A stretch of DNA of 64,000 nucleotides from an uncultured Pelagibacteraceae bacterium (GTDB lineage: Bacteria; Pseudomonadota; Alphaproteobacteria; Pelagibacterales; Pelagibacteraceae), in assembly GCA_902535155.1 (NCBI GenBank), contig CACASB010000001.1, positions 67,358 to 131,357 on the forward strand. The letters run 5' to 3'. The first letter of the stretch is position 1. Each line of letters opens with the position of its first letter. The notes under the pieces are model-generated. The model was not told where the DNA came from. It ran no database searches and worked only from the letters and a program-made list of their open reading frames with translations. This document shows positions 17,935 to 28,196 of the stretch, piece by piece. The translations under genes were made by a program, and so were the position numbers.

Positions 17935-19077
17935 TTAAGTAAAGTTTGAAATAATTTTTGGAATGTAACTCTTAAAATTAAAAAAACCTTTATTACAATA
18001 CTGCCAAGAATACTGATCAAGTTTTCTATATAAAAAATTCATTTTTAAATTATTTAAATTCAGATAATCTAAGTTTTCACCAGTAGTTGGATACAATCCA
18101 ATATTTTTTTCATCGATTTTTTTAATTTCGCTTATATCAATTATTTCACAATCAATTGATTTTTCTTTTAATCTTTTTTCTTGATCAAGAAATAAAAGAT
18201 ACTTAAATTTTGCGACTTTTTCACCAAGTTTTATTGATCTGTTTTCATTTTTATTAGAGATTAAATATATTTTTTTGAAACAAATATTTTTAAAGTCAGT
18301 GCATTCAAAAGAAAGATTATTATCAAAAATTAATAAATTACTTTGATCAATATCCTGAGAATTTTGAAAATCTTTTTTTATTATTGAATAAGTTCTTTCT
18401 GAAACTTTTGGAGGAGCATTTTCATTTAACTTAATATTTTTAAATCTATTATTGGTGAATTTTTTAATATTCCATTCGCTTGCTAGATAGTGCTTTCCTT
18501 GGGTTTGAACTCCAGCAACCCATCTCCATCCAAGGGTATTTGATGCAGCATCACCATCGAAAAGGTGCTGCATAAAAAATTCTGCACCAAGTTGCCAAGG
18601 TAAATCAAGTGTAAAAATCCAAATACTGGCAAACCACATTCTAGTGTGATTGTGGAGGTAGTTATTATTTTTTAACTCATTTACCCATTCATTAAAGCAA
18701 TCAATATTAGTTTTTCCTATTTTTGCATTTTGATAATTTTTATCATCTTTATATTTTTCTTTAATATTTCTTAAGTCAATTAAATAGTCACTCCAAACAT
18801 TAGGTCTTAACTCTAGCCATCCTTTCCAGTACGTTCTCCAAAGTACTTCTTGTATAAACTTTTCATTTTTTGAAAAAGAAAACTTTTCAAGTGATTTTTT
18901 TATAATTTCGATTTCATTAAGAATACCATGTGTGACATAAGGTGATAAGCATGAAACATTATCTCTTTTATCAGCACCAAAATCAAAGTTTCTTAGCTTT
19001 GAATAATCAGAAAGATTTTTTTTAATAAAGTTATCTAATTTATATATAGCTTTTGCTCTTGAAGCTTCAAAATTCAT
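17935..19077 (-). CDS. Photolyase-like protein with N-terminal FAD-binding domain (inverted topology, NewPHL/short photolyase-like)
   Basis: Begins directly with YSKLRNFD, SCLSPY, KFIQEVLWRTYW, YLHNHTRMWFAS, DGDAASNTLGWRWVAG; no N-terminal antenna domain. Confidence 0.85.
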   Translation of the reverse strand: MNFEASRAKAIYKLDNFIKKNLSDYSKLRNFDFGADKRDNVSCLSPYVTHGILNEIEIIKKSLEKFSFSKNEKFIQEVLWRTYWKGWLELRPNVWSDYLIDLRNIKEKYKDDKNYQNAKIGKTNIDCFNEWVNELKNNNYLHNHTRMWFASIWIFTLDLPWQLGAEFFMQHLFDGDAASNTLGWRWVAGVQTQGKHYLASEWNIKKFTNNRFKNIKLNENAPPKVSERTYSIIKKDFQNSQDIDQSNLLIFDNNLSFECTDFKNICFKKIYLISNKNENRSIKLGEKVAKFKYLLFLDQEKRLKEKSIDCEIIDISEIKKIDEKNIGLYPTTGENLDYLNLNNLKMNFLYRKLDQYSWQYCNKGFFNFKSYIPKIISNFT

Positions 19078-19083
19078 ATTTGA

Positions 19084-20259
19084 CTATCTTAATTTTTTTT
19101 TGTGAAAATTGATAAATCTTTCAACATTATATTTATTAAAAGTTTTATTTTCTTCAAAAGAAACTTTCTTCATTGAGTAAGCACCACTTCTAGTAATTCT
19201 GGATTGAATTGTAACATTTCCCTTGTAAAGTTTAAGCTTAATAATTCCATTTACCTTGTTTCTTTTTTGATCTACAATTTTTTGTAATTTAAATCTTTCT
19301 TTTGAAAACCAATAGCCATTGTAAATTAATTCAGCATATCTTGGCATAATCATATCTTTTTTATGCATGGTGTCTTTATCTAATGTCACTGACTCCATTG
19401 CTCGATGAGCAATTAAAAGTATCGTTCCTCCAGGTGTTTCATAAATTCCTCTTGATTTAATTCCGATAAATCTATTTTCGACTAAATCAACTCTCCCAAT
19501 ACCATTTTTTCCACCTAGTTGATTTAATTTATCTAAAATTTTTTCTGGAGATAATTTGTTTCCATTAACACTAATTGGGTTACTATTTTTAAAACCAATT
19601 GAAACATATGCTGGTTTATTAGGTGCTTTTTCAGGTGAAGATGTTCTTTGAAAAATAAATTCGGGAGCCAAATTTTTTGGACTTTCTAGAACTTTACCTT
19701 CAGTTGATGTATGAAATAAGTTGTCATCTACTGAAAAAGGTGGCGCTCCTTTCTTGTCCTTTGGAATTGAAATTTTATGTTTTTTTGCATATTTGATTAA
19801 ATCAGTTCTTGATTTTAATTTCCAAATTCTCCATGGGGCTATAACTTTCATTTTTGGCCCAAAATAATGATATCCTAATTCAAATCTTACTTGATCATTT
19901 CCTTTTCCAGTTGCACCATGCGAAACTGCAAATGCTCTGAATTTTTTTGCAACTTGTATTTGATCTTTTGCAATTAATGGTCTCGCAATAGATGTACCTA
20001 GTAAATAAACACCTTCATAAATGGCGTGACCCCTAATCATTGGAAATACGTAATCTTTTACAAAAATATTTTTAAGATTTTTAATAATTATTTTTTTAAC
20101 ACCTAACTTTTTTGCGTTTCTAATAATTTTCTTTTTATCCATTTCTTGGCCAATATCGGCTGTGTAAGCAATAACTTCAGCTTTATAGTTTTCTTGTAAC
20201 CATTTAAGAATTATAGATGTATCTAGACCACCTGAGTAAGCTAAAACTATTTTTTTCAT
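19084..20259 (-). CDS. argG: Argininosuccinate synthase
   Basis: LAYSGGLDTS, HGATGKGNDQVRFE, KSRGIYETP. Confidence 0.97.
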   Translation of the reverse strand: MKKIVLAYSGGLDTSIILKWLQENYKAEVIAYTADIGQEMDKKKIIRNAKKLGVKKIIIKNLKNIFVKDYVFPMIRGHAIYEGVYLLGTSIARPLIAKDQIQVAKKFRAFAVSHGATGKGNDQVRFELGYHYFGPKMKVIAPWRIWKLKSRTDLIKYAKKHKISIPKDKKGAPPFSVDDNLFHTSTEGKVLESPKNLAPEFIFQRTSSPEKAPNKPAYVSIGFKNSNPISVNGNKLSPEKILDKLNQLGGKNGIGRVDLVENRFIGIKSRGIYETPGGTILLIAHRAMESVTLDKDTMHKKDMIMPRYAELIYNGYWFSKERFKLQKIVDQKRNKVNGIIKLKLYKGNVTIQSRITRSGAYSMKKVSFEENKTFNKYNVERFINFHKKKLR

Positions 20260-20280
20260 TAGACTGTTATTTTGATTTCA

Positions 20281-20790
20281 TTAGCTACAATTTTTTTTTG
20301 CACTATTGTATGCTTTTGTAAAACCCATTAGCGAGTAGTGATCAATTGTTTGAGACCCAGATTTATTATAACCTGTTATCATAATTCTTGAGCCTTTTTT
20401 CATTACACTAATCATTTTTTTTTCAACTTTATTATTAGTTATCCAAGCAAAGTTATCTTTGGATATATCAAACTTGATTTTGTTCTTACCTGATTTTGCT
20501 AATATTACATTTTGTACATTGTATTCGTATCCCGATGTAATACTTATCTCATCAGAAATTTTTTCTATAGGTCTAAAACTTATAAACAGTCTTGCTTCTC
20601 GTGCATTATTTTTTGGAGATTGCAACACTGGTTTAGATTGAGCAAAGCATAATTTAGAAACTTCGTCAGTCACAACTATTGTTTCCCAATCTTTGAATTT
20701 ACCAATTTTTTTTATTTCTTGTGCATTTAATGAAGCAAAACCCAAAATAAAAATTAAAAGAAGTAATGTTGTTTTTTTAATTATGGACAT
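20281..20790 (-). CDS. Invasion-associated locus B (IalB) family exported protein
   Basis: Signal peptide, FKDW...CF, MKKG, D.YSL.GFTKA...C pattern. Confidence 0.8.
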   Translation of the reverse strand: MSIIKKTTLLLLIFILGFASLNAQEIKKIGKFKDWETIVVTDEVSKLCFAQSKPVLQSPKNNAREARLFISFRPIEKISDEISITSGYEYNVQNVILAKSGKNKIKFDISKDNFAWITNNKVEKKMISVMKKGSRIMITGYNKSGSQTIDHYSLMGFTKAYNSAKKNCS

Positions 20791-21818
20791 GGATTTGGAT
20801 ATAGTTTTTGTACTTCATTAATTTCATCTATTATCTCATCATTAAGATTTATATTTACACTTTCTATATCGGTTTTCAACTGCTCCATTGTTGTTGCCCC
20901 GATTATCACACTAGTCACGAATGGCTGAAGTTCACAGAATTTCAAACTCATTTGGGATAAATCCAAATTGTACTTCTTTGAAATATTAAAGTATTTTTCA
21001 ATGGCTAATTGACCGTTTTCAGTTTTATATCTTGAAAACTTGTCTCCAAACAAATACATCCTAGAATTTTTTGGTAATTCTCCATTTCTATATTTTCCAG
21101 TCAAATAACCAAATGCAAGAGGTGAATAAGCTAGAAGACCACTTTTTTCTCTTGCCGAAATTTCAGCTAAACCTATTTCGTAAGATCTATTTAAAAGACT
21201 GTAAGGATTTTGAACAGACATCATTCTTGGAAGCTTTTTTAACTTTGAGATTTCCAAAAACTTTGACAATCCCCATGCTGTCTCATTTGAAATACCAATG
21301 TATCTAATTTTACCACTTTTGATTATTTTATCTAAAGTGTTAAGAATGTCTTCAAACTTATTCCAATTATTATCATCTTTATGTTCGTAACCCAGTCTTC
21401 CAAAAAAATTGGTTTTTCTTTCTGGCCAATGTAATTGATATAGGTCGATATAATCAGTTTTTAATCTTTTAAGACTATTATCAACAGCTTCGTTTAAATT
21501 TTTTTCATCATATTGGTTTCCACCACCTCTAATCCAACCCGGTCCAGGACCAGATACTTTAGTTGCTAATACTATGTTGTTTCTTTTTTTTGTTTTTGTA
21601 AACCAGTTACCAATCATTTCCTCTGTTTTACCATAGGTACTTTCTTTTGGCGGTATTGCATATATTTCAGCAGTATCCCAAAAATTCACATTTTTTTCTA
21701 ATGCGTAATCCATCTGATCAAATGCATCTTTTTCTGAATTTTGTTCACCCCATGTCATAGTACCGAGACAAATTGTACTAACATCTATATCTGTATTACC
21801 TAGTTTCTTAAAATTCAT
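20781..21818 (-). CDS. tas: NADP(H)-dependent aldo-keto reductase (Tas-like)
   Basis: LGTMTWGEQ, DTAEIY, DLYQLHWP, SNETAWG, YSPLAFG, PNPCP. Confidence 0.88.
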   Translation of the reverse strand: MNFKKLGNTDIDVSTICLGTMTWGEQNSEKDAFDQMDYALEKNVNFWDTAEIYAIPPKESTYGKTEEMIGNWFTKTKKRNNIVLATKVSGPGPGWIRGGGNQYDEKNLNEAVDNSLKRLKTDYIDLYQLHWPERKTNFFGRLGYEHKDDNNWNKFEDILNTLDKIIKSGKIRYIGISNETAWGLSKFLEISKLKKLPRMMSVQNPYSLLNRSYEIGLAEISAREKSGLLAYSPLAFGYLTGKYRNGELPKNSRMYLFGDKFSRYKTENGQLAIEKYFNISKKYNLDLSQMSLKFCELQPFVTSVIIGATTMEQLKTDIESVNINLNDEIIDEINEVQKLYPNPCP

Positions 21819-21883
21819 AATTTTTAATAATCTTAGCCAGTTTTGACCATTGAATATAAGTTTAAAATAATTATATTATATCT

Positions 21884-22639
21884 ATGGATTTTAACAGACA
21901 AAATATATTTCAGGCAACAAGTGTTAAAAAAAACGTAGCATGGGACGCAGGCTTAAGATCTTACATGTTGAAGGTTTACAACTATATGTCCACAGGAGTT
22001 CTTTTGACAGGTATAATTTCACTTTTATCATTTAAGATGTCTGTGGTTACAGACAATACAGGCGTGATCATGGGACTTACAAGTTTTGGAAATGCCATTT
22101 TCAATTCAGGTTTGAAATGGTTAATAATGTTAGCCCCATTAGGTATTGTTTTTTATATGAGTTTTGGAATTAACAAAATGAGTTCTGCTAAAGCACAAAC
22201 TGTATTTTGGATATTTGCTTCACTAATGGGATTATCTTTGTCTTGGATACTTTTAGTTTACACAGGAGTAAGCGTTGCAAGAGTTTTCTTTATAACATCA
22301 GCAACATTTGGAGCAATGAGTATTTACGGCTACACAACTAAAAGAGATTTGACTAAATTAGGTTCATTTTTAATGATGGGTCTGATCGGAATAATTATTG
22401 CATCATTAGTTAATATATTTTTAAAATCTGCAATGATGTATTTTGTTGTATCAATATTAGGTGTTTTAATATTTGTTGGTTTAACCGCATACGATACTCA
22501 GAAAATTAAAAATATGTATTCAGCAAACGACACAATTGAAATTTCTGGTAAAAAAGCAATAATGGGAGCATTAACACTTTATCTTGATTTCATTAATCTA
22601 TTTATTATGTTGTTGAGACTTTTCGGTCAAAGAAGATAA
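21884..22639 (+). CDS. Bax inhibitor-1/YccA family membrane protein
   Basis: Seven TM segments, YDTQKIK, ALTLYLDFINLF. Confidence 0.93.
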   Translation: MDFNRQNIFQATSVKKNVAWDAGLRSYMLKVYNYMSTGVLLTGIISLLSFKMSVVTDNTGVIMGLTSFGNAIFNSGLKWLIMLAPLGIVFYMSFGINKMSSAKAQTVFWIFASLMGLSLSWILLVYTGVSVARVFFITSATFGAMSIYGYTTKRDLTKLGSFLMMGLIGIIIASLVNIFLKSAMMYFVVSILGVLIFVGLTAYDTQKIKNMYSANDTIEISGKKAIMGALTLYLDFINLFIMLLRLFGQRR

Positions 22640-22978
22640 TTACATTTTTTTCCAATCTATATCTTTAAGTAGCTTTTCCAAGTTATCCGAATTTCTTATT
22701 ATCCTGTTTCTACTATCTGTAATTAAATATTTTAAATTTTTATTTGAAGGTTTGAAGTTCTTGCTAATATTATAAACAGCATTTTCAGCGGCGTTTTTAA
22801 ACACATTAAAACTTACTCTTTTAGAGGAAATATGAAGCCCATAATCTTTCCAAGATCCCTTAGAAACCATTTTAGCATACAAATCTAAAATATTTTTTAA
22901 TTCTTTTTTTTCAAAAAAAAATTTATTTTCTTTTTTTATTAAAGAGTTATCGATTACAAGTTTTAAATCTCTATTCAT
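22640..22978 (-). CDS. DUF2794 family protein
   Basis: F.KKEL..IL.LY.KMV..G.WKDY pattern. Confidence 0.78.
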   Translation of the reverse strand: MNRDLKLVIDNSLIKKENKFFFEKKELKNILDLYAKMVSKGSWKDYGLHISSKRVSFNVFKNAAENAVYNISKNFKPSNKNLKYLITDSRNRIIRNSDNLEKLLKDIDWKKM

Positions 22979-23522
22979 TTAATTTATATCTATTTATTAG
23001 AGGGATTTGAAAGGCTGTAAATATTATTGTAATTGGTAACATTCCCCAAACTTTAAAATTTACCCAAAATTCCTCTGATTGTGTTCTCCAAATAAACTCA
23101 TTTAGTATTGCTAAAAAAATGAAAAAAAACATCCACCTTGTATTAAGTTTTACCCATCCCTCATCGTTTAACGGCATGGTTTTACCTAAAATTTTTTTTA
23201 AAACTGGTTCTTGAGTAAAATACTTTCCAAAATAAAGTACAAGTGCAAATATTATATTAATAATTGTAGGCTTCATATATATATAGACTGGATCTTTAAA
23301 ATAAATTGTGAGACCACCAAAAAATGCTATTAAGACACCACCTAAGAGCGGAACATAAGGTATTTTTTTTTCTAATATCCAAACTATAAATACAGAGATT
23401 ATTGTCGCAATAATCAATGGCGGTATGGCTACCTGCATATTTTTTCCACTTTTATAATAAAAAGTAAAAAATATTATTAAGGGGCCGAAATCAGTGATGA
23501 ATTTTATTAAAGACTTATTCAC
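22971..23522 (-). CDS. yciB: Inner membrane protein YciB (septation protein IspZ)
   Basis: DFGPL, FFGGLT, KPTI, WVNFKVWG. Confidence 0.92.
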   Translation of the reverse strand: MNKSLIKFITDFGPLIIFFTFYYKSGKNMQVAIPPLIIATIISVFIVWILEKKIPYVPLLGGVLIAFFGGLTIYFKDPVYIYMKPTIINIIFALVLYFGKYFTQEPVLKKILGKTMPLNDEGWVKLNTRWMFFFIFLAILNEFIWRTQSEEFWVNFKVWGMLPITIIFTAFQIPLINRYKLNE

Positions 23523-23565
23523 AGGCTGATCCTATCAGATATGCAAAAATTTAATATTTTTTTTA

Positions 23566-23592
23566 TTGATTTTTTTTTGAGAATACACATAT
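23566..23592 (+). promoter_or_regulatory. Candidate RpoH (sigma32)-type promoter of hspQ
   Basis: TTG-N17-CACATAT resembles the alphaproteobacterial RpoH consensus and precedes a heat-shock gene by 7 nt. Confidence 0.45.
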
Positions 23593-23599
23593 TTAAGTT

Positions 23600-23920
23600 G
23601 TGACTATTCAAAAAGCAAAATTTTCAATAGGCGATATCGTTAAACATAAACATTTTGATTTTAGAGGGGTTATCTATGACGTCGATTTTGAATTTAACAA
23701 TTCTGAGGAATGGTACGAGTCAATACCTAAAAATGTAAGACCAAGAAAAGATCAGCCCTTTTACCATCTACTCGCAGAAAATGATGATATTACCTATGAG
23801 GCCTATGTTTCTGAACAAAACCTCATTAAGGACGATTCAGGTGAGCCAATTAAACATCCTCTCATCAATGAGATTTTTTCGGGTAAAAAAGGCTCAACCT
23901 ATTTTAAGCCCTCAAATTAG
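23600..23920 (+). CDS. hspQ: Heat shock protein HspQ (YccV-like)
   Basis: AKFSIG..VKH..F.FRGVI.DVD, QPFYHLLAE, AYVSEQNL. Confidence 0.93.
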   Translation: MTIQKAKFSIGDIVKHKHFDFRGVIYDVDFEFNNSEEWYESIPKNVRPRKDQPFYHLLAENDDITYEAYVSEQNLIKDDSGEPIKHPLINEIFSGKKGSTYFKPSN

Positions 23921-23975
23921 CTGTCATTTTTTCAACACATTTTTCTCAAAACTTAGACAAATGATTTTTCTATAA

Positions 23976-24048
23976 ATAATTAAACTGATCAAGGGTGTTA
24001 ACGTTTCCCTTCAATTATCTCCCTCAACATTCTTGATCAGTTTATTAT
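23976..24048 (+). other. Long intergenic stem-loop (candidate structured RNA)
   Basis: 23981-23999 pairs with 24026-24044 (13 perfect bp plus 6 bp with two G-U); 26-nt pyrimidine-rich loop. Confidence 0.55.
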
Positions 24049-24068
24049 CACATTATATAAATAAAAAA

Positions 24069-24776
24069 ATGTTATCTATAATTACCGAAAAAAGTAAAAA
24101 AATATTAATTTCATCAAGATTTAGAAATTTAATATTCATATTATTTTTAATTTGTCTGTCAGTAGGTTTATTCGAGGCACTTATATTATCCCCGCAAGAT
24201 TACCTTCAAAGCGACTCTGTAAGAATTATGTACGTACATGTTCCATCAGCATGGATTTCTCTAGGAATTTTTTCGATTATCGCTTTTTTATCTCTTGGGG
24301 TTTTGATTTTTAAAAATAAAAACTTTGTATTGATATCAAAAAGTTTAGCTCCATCAGGATTTATTTTTAACTTAATAGCTTTAGTTACAGGTTCAATTTG
24401 GGGCAAGCCAACCTGGGGTACATGGTGGGCCTGGGATCCTAGAATAACTTCTATGTTGGTATTATTTTTATTTTATTTTTTATACTTGTTATCTTGGAAG
24501 ATTTTTGAAAAAAACAAAGCTATTACAATTTCATCATACATTTCAATTATAGGGGTGATTAATGTTCCAATAATTAAATATTCTGTGGATTGGTGGGCAA
24601 CCTTACACCAACCTTCATCAATTAATGTCTTATCTGAAAGCACTATACACTCTTCTATGTTAATTCCTTTATTTTTAATGACTGCGTCATTTGCACTATT
24701 TTCAATATTGATTTTTTTGATGAAATATAATGTAGAGTTGATAAAAGTAAAAAATAAAGGCTTAGATAGAATATGA
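24069..24776 (+). CDS. ccmC: Heme exporter / cytochrome c maturation protein CcmC
   Basis: YVHVP, WGKPTWGTWWAWDPR (WWD motif), WWATLHQ; ATG 24069 preferred over the in-frame TTG 24033 that lies inside the hairpin. Confidence 0.95.
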   Translation: MLSIITEKSKKILISSRFRNLIFILFLICLSVGLFEALILSPQDYLQSDSVRIMYVHVPSAWISLGIFSIIAFLSLGVLIFKNKNFVLISKSLAPSGFIFNLIALVTGSIWGKPTWGTWWAWDPRITSMLVLFLFYFLYLLSWKIFEKNKAITISSYISIIGVINVPIIKYSVDWWATLHQPSSINVLSESTIHSSMLIPLFLMTASFALFSILIFLMKYNVELIKVKNKGLDRI

Positions 24777-25003
24777 TTTTAGATTTATTTATTATGAATG
24801 GGTATGGTTTATATGTTTGGTCTGCATTCGCATTCACGTTATTCAATTTTTTAGTTTTATATAAAGTGACAAGCAAACAATTTATTAAAGAACACGATAA
24901 ATTTGCTAAAAAATATAAATCTCTAGACTCAGATCAAATTATTTTAGCTCACAAACAATCAACAAATAGAACATTTGTAAGAACAGTTGCTCACAAAATC
25001 TAA
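24773..25003 (+). CDS. ccmD: Heme exporter protein CcmD
   Basis: M.GYG.YVW.A start, single TM, position between ccmC and ccmE. Confidence 0.85.
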   Translation: MILDLFIMNGYGLYVWSAFAFTLFNFLVLYKVTSKQFIKEHDKFAKKYKSLDSDQIILAHKQSTNRTFVRTVAHKI

Positions 25004-25012
25004 TCTAGATTA

Positions 25013-25432
25013 ATGTATGGTAAAAAAGTTAGATTAAGAATTATATTTATAATTTCTTTACTAACTACAATTATTTTAAGCATTTATATTATTCTAAAAC
25101 TGCTAGAGGATGATGTTGTGTATTTCAAATCACCCACTGAAATCAAGCTGTCTCAAGAGAAAATAACAAAAAAAATTAGAGTAGGTGGAATGGTTAAAAA
25201 AAATTCTGTAATCTTAGAAAATGAAAAAATTCTGTTTATAATTACAGATTTTAGAAACGAAATAAATGTTATTTTTGCAGGGACTATTCCAAATTTGTTT
25301 CAAGAGGAAAAAGGAGTAGTAGCTGAGGGAGTATTAGAGGATAAAAATTTATTTATTGCTGATAAAATTTTAGCTAAACATGATGAGAATTATATGCCCC
25401 CAGAAGTTAAAGAAAGTCTGGAGCAAAAATGA
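25013..25432 (+). CDS. ccmE: Heme chaperone CcmE
   Basis: [17 protein letters not shown] heme-binding motif. Confidence 0.96.
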   Translation: MYGKKVRLRIIFIISLLTTIILSIYIILKLLEDDVVYFKSPTEIKLSQEKITKKIRVGGMVKKNSVILENEKILFIITDFRNEINVIFAGTIPNLFQEEKGVVAEGVLEDKNLFIADKILAKHDENYMPPEVKESLEQK

Positions 25433-27312
25433 CAATATCTGATTTTGGCTATCTCTCATTATTATTTGGACTAATATCTTCTTTTATTGTTTTCTTTTTT
25501 TCAGTTTTAAATATTAAAAAAGATTTATTTAATTTAGAAAAAAAAATATATAAATTTCTTACTCTTCAATTTTTTTTTGTTATTATAAGTTTTTTTATTC
25601 TATTATACTCTTTTTTAATATCTGATTTTAGTAATGAGACTGTCTATAGTAATTCTCACACGACAAAACCTATTTTTTATAAAATATCAGGTTTATGGGG
25701 TAATCATGAAGGAAGCTTACTTTTGTGGTTATTAGTACTTACAAGCTTTATATTATTTTTTTTCTTTAGTTCTAAAAATGAGCCAAAAAATTTTAGACAT
25801 TATACTGTAATATTCCATCAAATAATTGTAATTGGTTTTTTTATATTTGTTCTAAAAACTTCAAACCCATTTGATATTCTTTTCCCAATTCCGTCTGAAG
25901 GACTTGGATTAAACCCAATACTTCAAGATCCAGCACTAGCAATACATCCGCCAATTTTATATGTCGGATATGTAGGGACATCGATTATATTCGCTTCTGC
26001 TCTAGCAGCAATGGTCACTGGCTATGTTAACAATCTTTGGGCAAAGAATTTAAAAAAATGGGTTTTAATATCTTGGACTTTTTTAACAGGAGGTATTCTT
26101 TTAGGTTCGATTTGGGCATACTATGAATTAGGGTGGGGAGGATTTTGGTTTTGGGACCCAGTTGAAAATATTTCTTTAATGCCATGGCTGAGTTTGACTG
26201 CCCTGTTGCATTGTATCTCTACTTTAGAGAAAAGAGACCTTTTAAAAAATTGGTCAATTATATTAAGTATAGTTACCTTTATGTTAAGTGTTACTGGAAC
26301 ATTTCTAGTTAGATCAGGAATTCTTAATTCAGTACATACATTTGCAAATGATCCATCAAGAGGAATTTACATTCTAATTTTTCTATTTGTTATAATATTT
26401 ATATCGCTTGTAATCTTTTTTATCTTTGAAAGTAAAAACATAGAAAATAAAAAAGAAATTTTTTTTTTAAGTAAAGAGACTTCAGTTTTGATTAATAATT
26501 GGTTTATGATTTATTTTTTAAGTGTTGTTTTAATAGGAACAATATATCCAATATTTTTAGATGTAATTACGTCAGAAAAAATTTCGGTTGGGCCTCCATT
26601 TTATAATAAACTTTTAATACCTTTCTTGGTTCCATTCTTTTTGTTTATGTCTGTCGGACCAAGCATGAATTGGATCAAGACAAATATAACGTATAAAAGA
26701 AGTTATGTTTTCTACTTTTTATTCACGACTGGTGCAACAATTATAACTGTATATTTCTTATCCCAAAAAAATTTATTAATAATAATTCTAATTTTTTCTC
26801 TAGTTCTTCTAAGCATTAAGACATCTGCTAATTTTTTAAAAAAAAATACTAATCATGGTCAAAATTTATCTCATTTAGGTTTTGCAATGCTAATGTTATC
26901 AATTTTATTTAACAGTGTAAGTTCTACAGAGATTATAAAAAACATTAAAGTTGGAGATAGTTTTATTTCAAAAAATGAGAAAATAACTTTTAAAAAAGTT
27001 AAAACCGAAGAAAAGAAAAACTATTCTTCCGTAATTGGAGTTTTTGAAATAAAAAATGACAATGATAGAATAATCAAACTTAATCCTGAAATCAGAGTCT
27101 ATAATCAACCAGTTATTGCAACTAGTGAGGCAGCGATTAAAACAACTTTATTTAAAGATAGATTTATGACAATTAATTTAATTAAGGACGAACAGTTATT
27201 TAATGTTAGGTATCAGAACAAACCATTCATGATTTGGATTTGGATTTCAACAATGATAATAATTATTGGAGGTACATTTGCAATTTTTAACAAAAAAAAA
27301 AATTTTAATTAG
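25429..27312 (+). CDS. ccmF: Heme lyase CcmF
   Basis: [35 protein letters not shown]. Confidence 0.97.
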   Translation: MTISDFGYLSLLFGLISSFIVFFFSVLNIKKDLFNLEKKIYKFLTLQFFFVIISFFILLYSFLISDFSNETVYSNSHTTKPIFYKISGLWGNHEGSLLLWLLVLTSFILFFFFSSKNEPKNFRHYTVIFHQIIVIGFFIFVLKTSNPFDILFPIPSEGLGLNPILQDPALAIHPPILYVGYVGTSIIFASALAAMVTGYVNNLWAKNLKKWVLISWTFLTGGILLGSIWAYYELGWGGFWFWDPVENISLMPWLSLTALLHCISTLEKRDLLKNWSIILSIVTFMLSVTGTFLVRSGILNSVHTFANDPSRGIYILIFLFVIIFISLVIFFIFESKNIENKKEIFFLSKETSVLINNWFMIYFLSVVLIGTIYPIFLDVITSEKISVGPPFYNKLLIPFLVPFFLFMSVGPSMNWIKTNITYKRSYVFYFLFTTGATIITVYFLSQKNLLIIILIFSLVLLSIKTSANFLKKNTNHGQNLSHLGFAMLMLSILFNSVSSTEIIKNIKVGDSFISKNEKITFKKVKTEEKKNYSSVIGVFEIKNDNDRIIKLNPEIRVYNQPVIATSEAAIKTTLFKDRFMTINLIKDEQLFNVRYQNKPFMIWIWISTMIIIIGGTFAIFNKKKNFN

Positions 27313-27823
27313 TTTTGCATTATTAGCTTTTTTAATATTTTGTTTTGTTACACTTAATAAAGCGCTAAATGAAAATAAAATATATTCTCCTATATTTAAA
27401 AATGAGCAAGTTATCTACTTACCAGATTTGAATTTACCTAAATTATTCTCTTCTGATGAAATACTCTTAGGTGAAGTTGCTAAATATAAAGAGTTTTCTT
27501 TAGTAAATATATGGGCATCATGGTGTGTTCCATGCAGAGATGAAAATGATTTTCTAAAAAGTTTAGAAAATATAAGTTCACTTCAAACTATTGGAATAAA
27601 CTATAAAGATAAAAAAAAAAATTCTATAAAATTTTTAAATGATTATGGCAACCCATTTAAATATAATTTAGTTGATTACGACGGTACAGCGTCAATAAAA
27701 TTAGGTGCTTATGGTGTTCCAGAGACTTTTTTAATTAACAAAAATAGAAAAATATTACTCAAGATAATAGGCCCCATTAATAATGATCATATAAAACGGA
27801 TTAGAGAGATTACAAATGATTAA
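27278..27823 (+). CDS. ccmG: Thiol-disulfide interchange protein CcmG/DsbE
   Basis: WASWCVPC, GAYGVPETF; in-frame TTG at 27278 follows GGAGGT at 27268-27273, so chosen over TTG 27266. Confidence 0.92.
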   Translation: MQFLTKKKILISFALLAFLIFCFVTLNKALNENKIYSPIFKNEQVIYLPDLNLPKLFSSDEILLGEVAKYKEFSLVNIWASWCVPCRDENDFLKSLENISSLQTIGINYKDKKKNSIKFLNDYGNPFKYNLVDYDGTASIKLGAYGVPETFLINKNRKILLKIIGPINNDHIKRIREITND

Positions 27824-28196
27824 GAAAAAATTTATAATTTTAGTTTTTCTATTTATTAATATTTTTGGAAATTGTTATTCTGAAAACAAGCCTTATTCGA
27901 AACTTGAAAATGAAATTGCAAAAAATTTAAGATGTTTAATTTGTCAAGGTCAATCTATATATGATTCTAATTCAGAATTTGCTTTAAGTATGAGAGTTTA
28001 CATTAAAGATCAAATAAATAATGGTTATTCAGAAAGTCAAATTTATAATATGTTGGTCAAAAAATATGGTCAATGGATTGTTTACGATCCTGGATATTCA
28101 AAAAAAACCTTTTTATTGTGGTTTATACCAATATTGTTTTTTTTATTAGGTGGTGCAATAATATATTTAAGAATATATAAGAGTAAAAAAATATGA
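27816..28196 (+). CDS. ccmH: Cytochrome c biogenesis protein CcmH
   Basis: LRCLICQGQSI.DS motif, C-terminal TM. Confidence 0.93.
   Translation: MIKKKFIILVFLFINIFGNCYSENKPYSKLENEIAKNLRCLICQGQSIYDSNSEFALSMRVYIKDQINNGYSESQIYNMLVKKYGQWIVYDPGYSKKTFLLWFIPILFFLLGGAIIYLRIYKSKKI

Noticed and set aside
11062-19077. Mobile element or prophage origin for the photolyase block
   Set aside because: No integrase, transposase, tRNA target or flanking direct repeats were visible.
24033-24068. TTG start for ccmC in the ORF track
   Set aside because: Lies within the 3' arm of the intergenic hairpin; the in-frame ATG at 24069 gives a normal-length CcmC.
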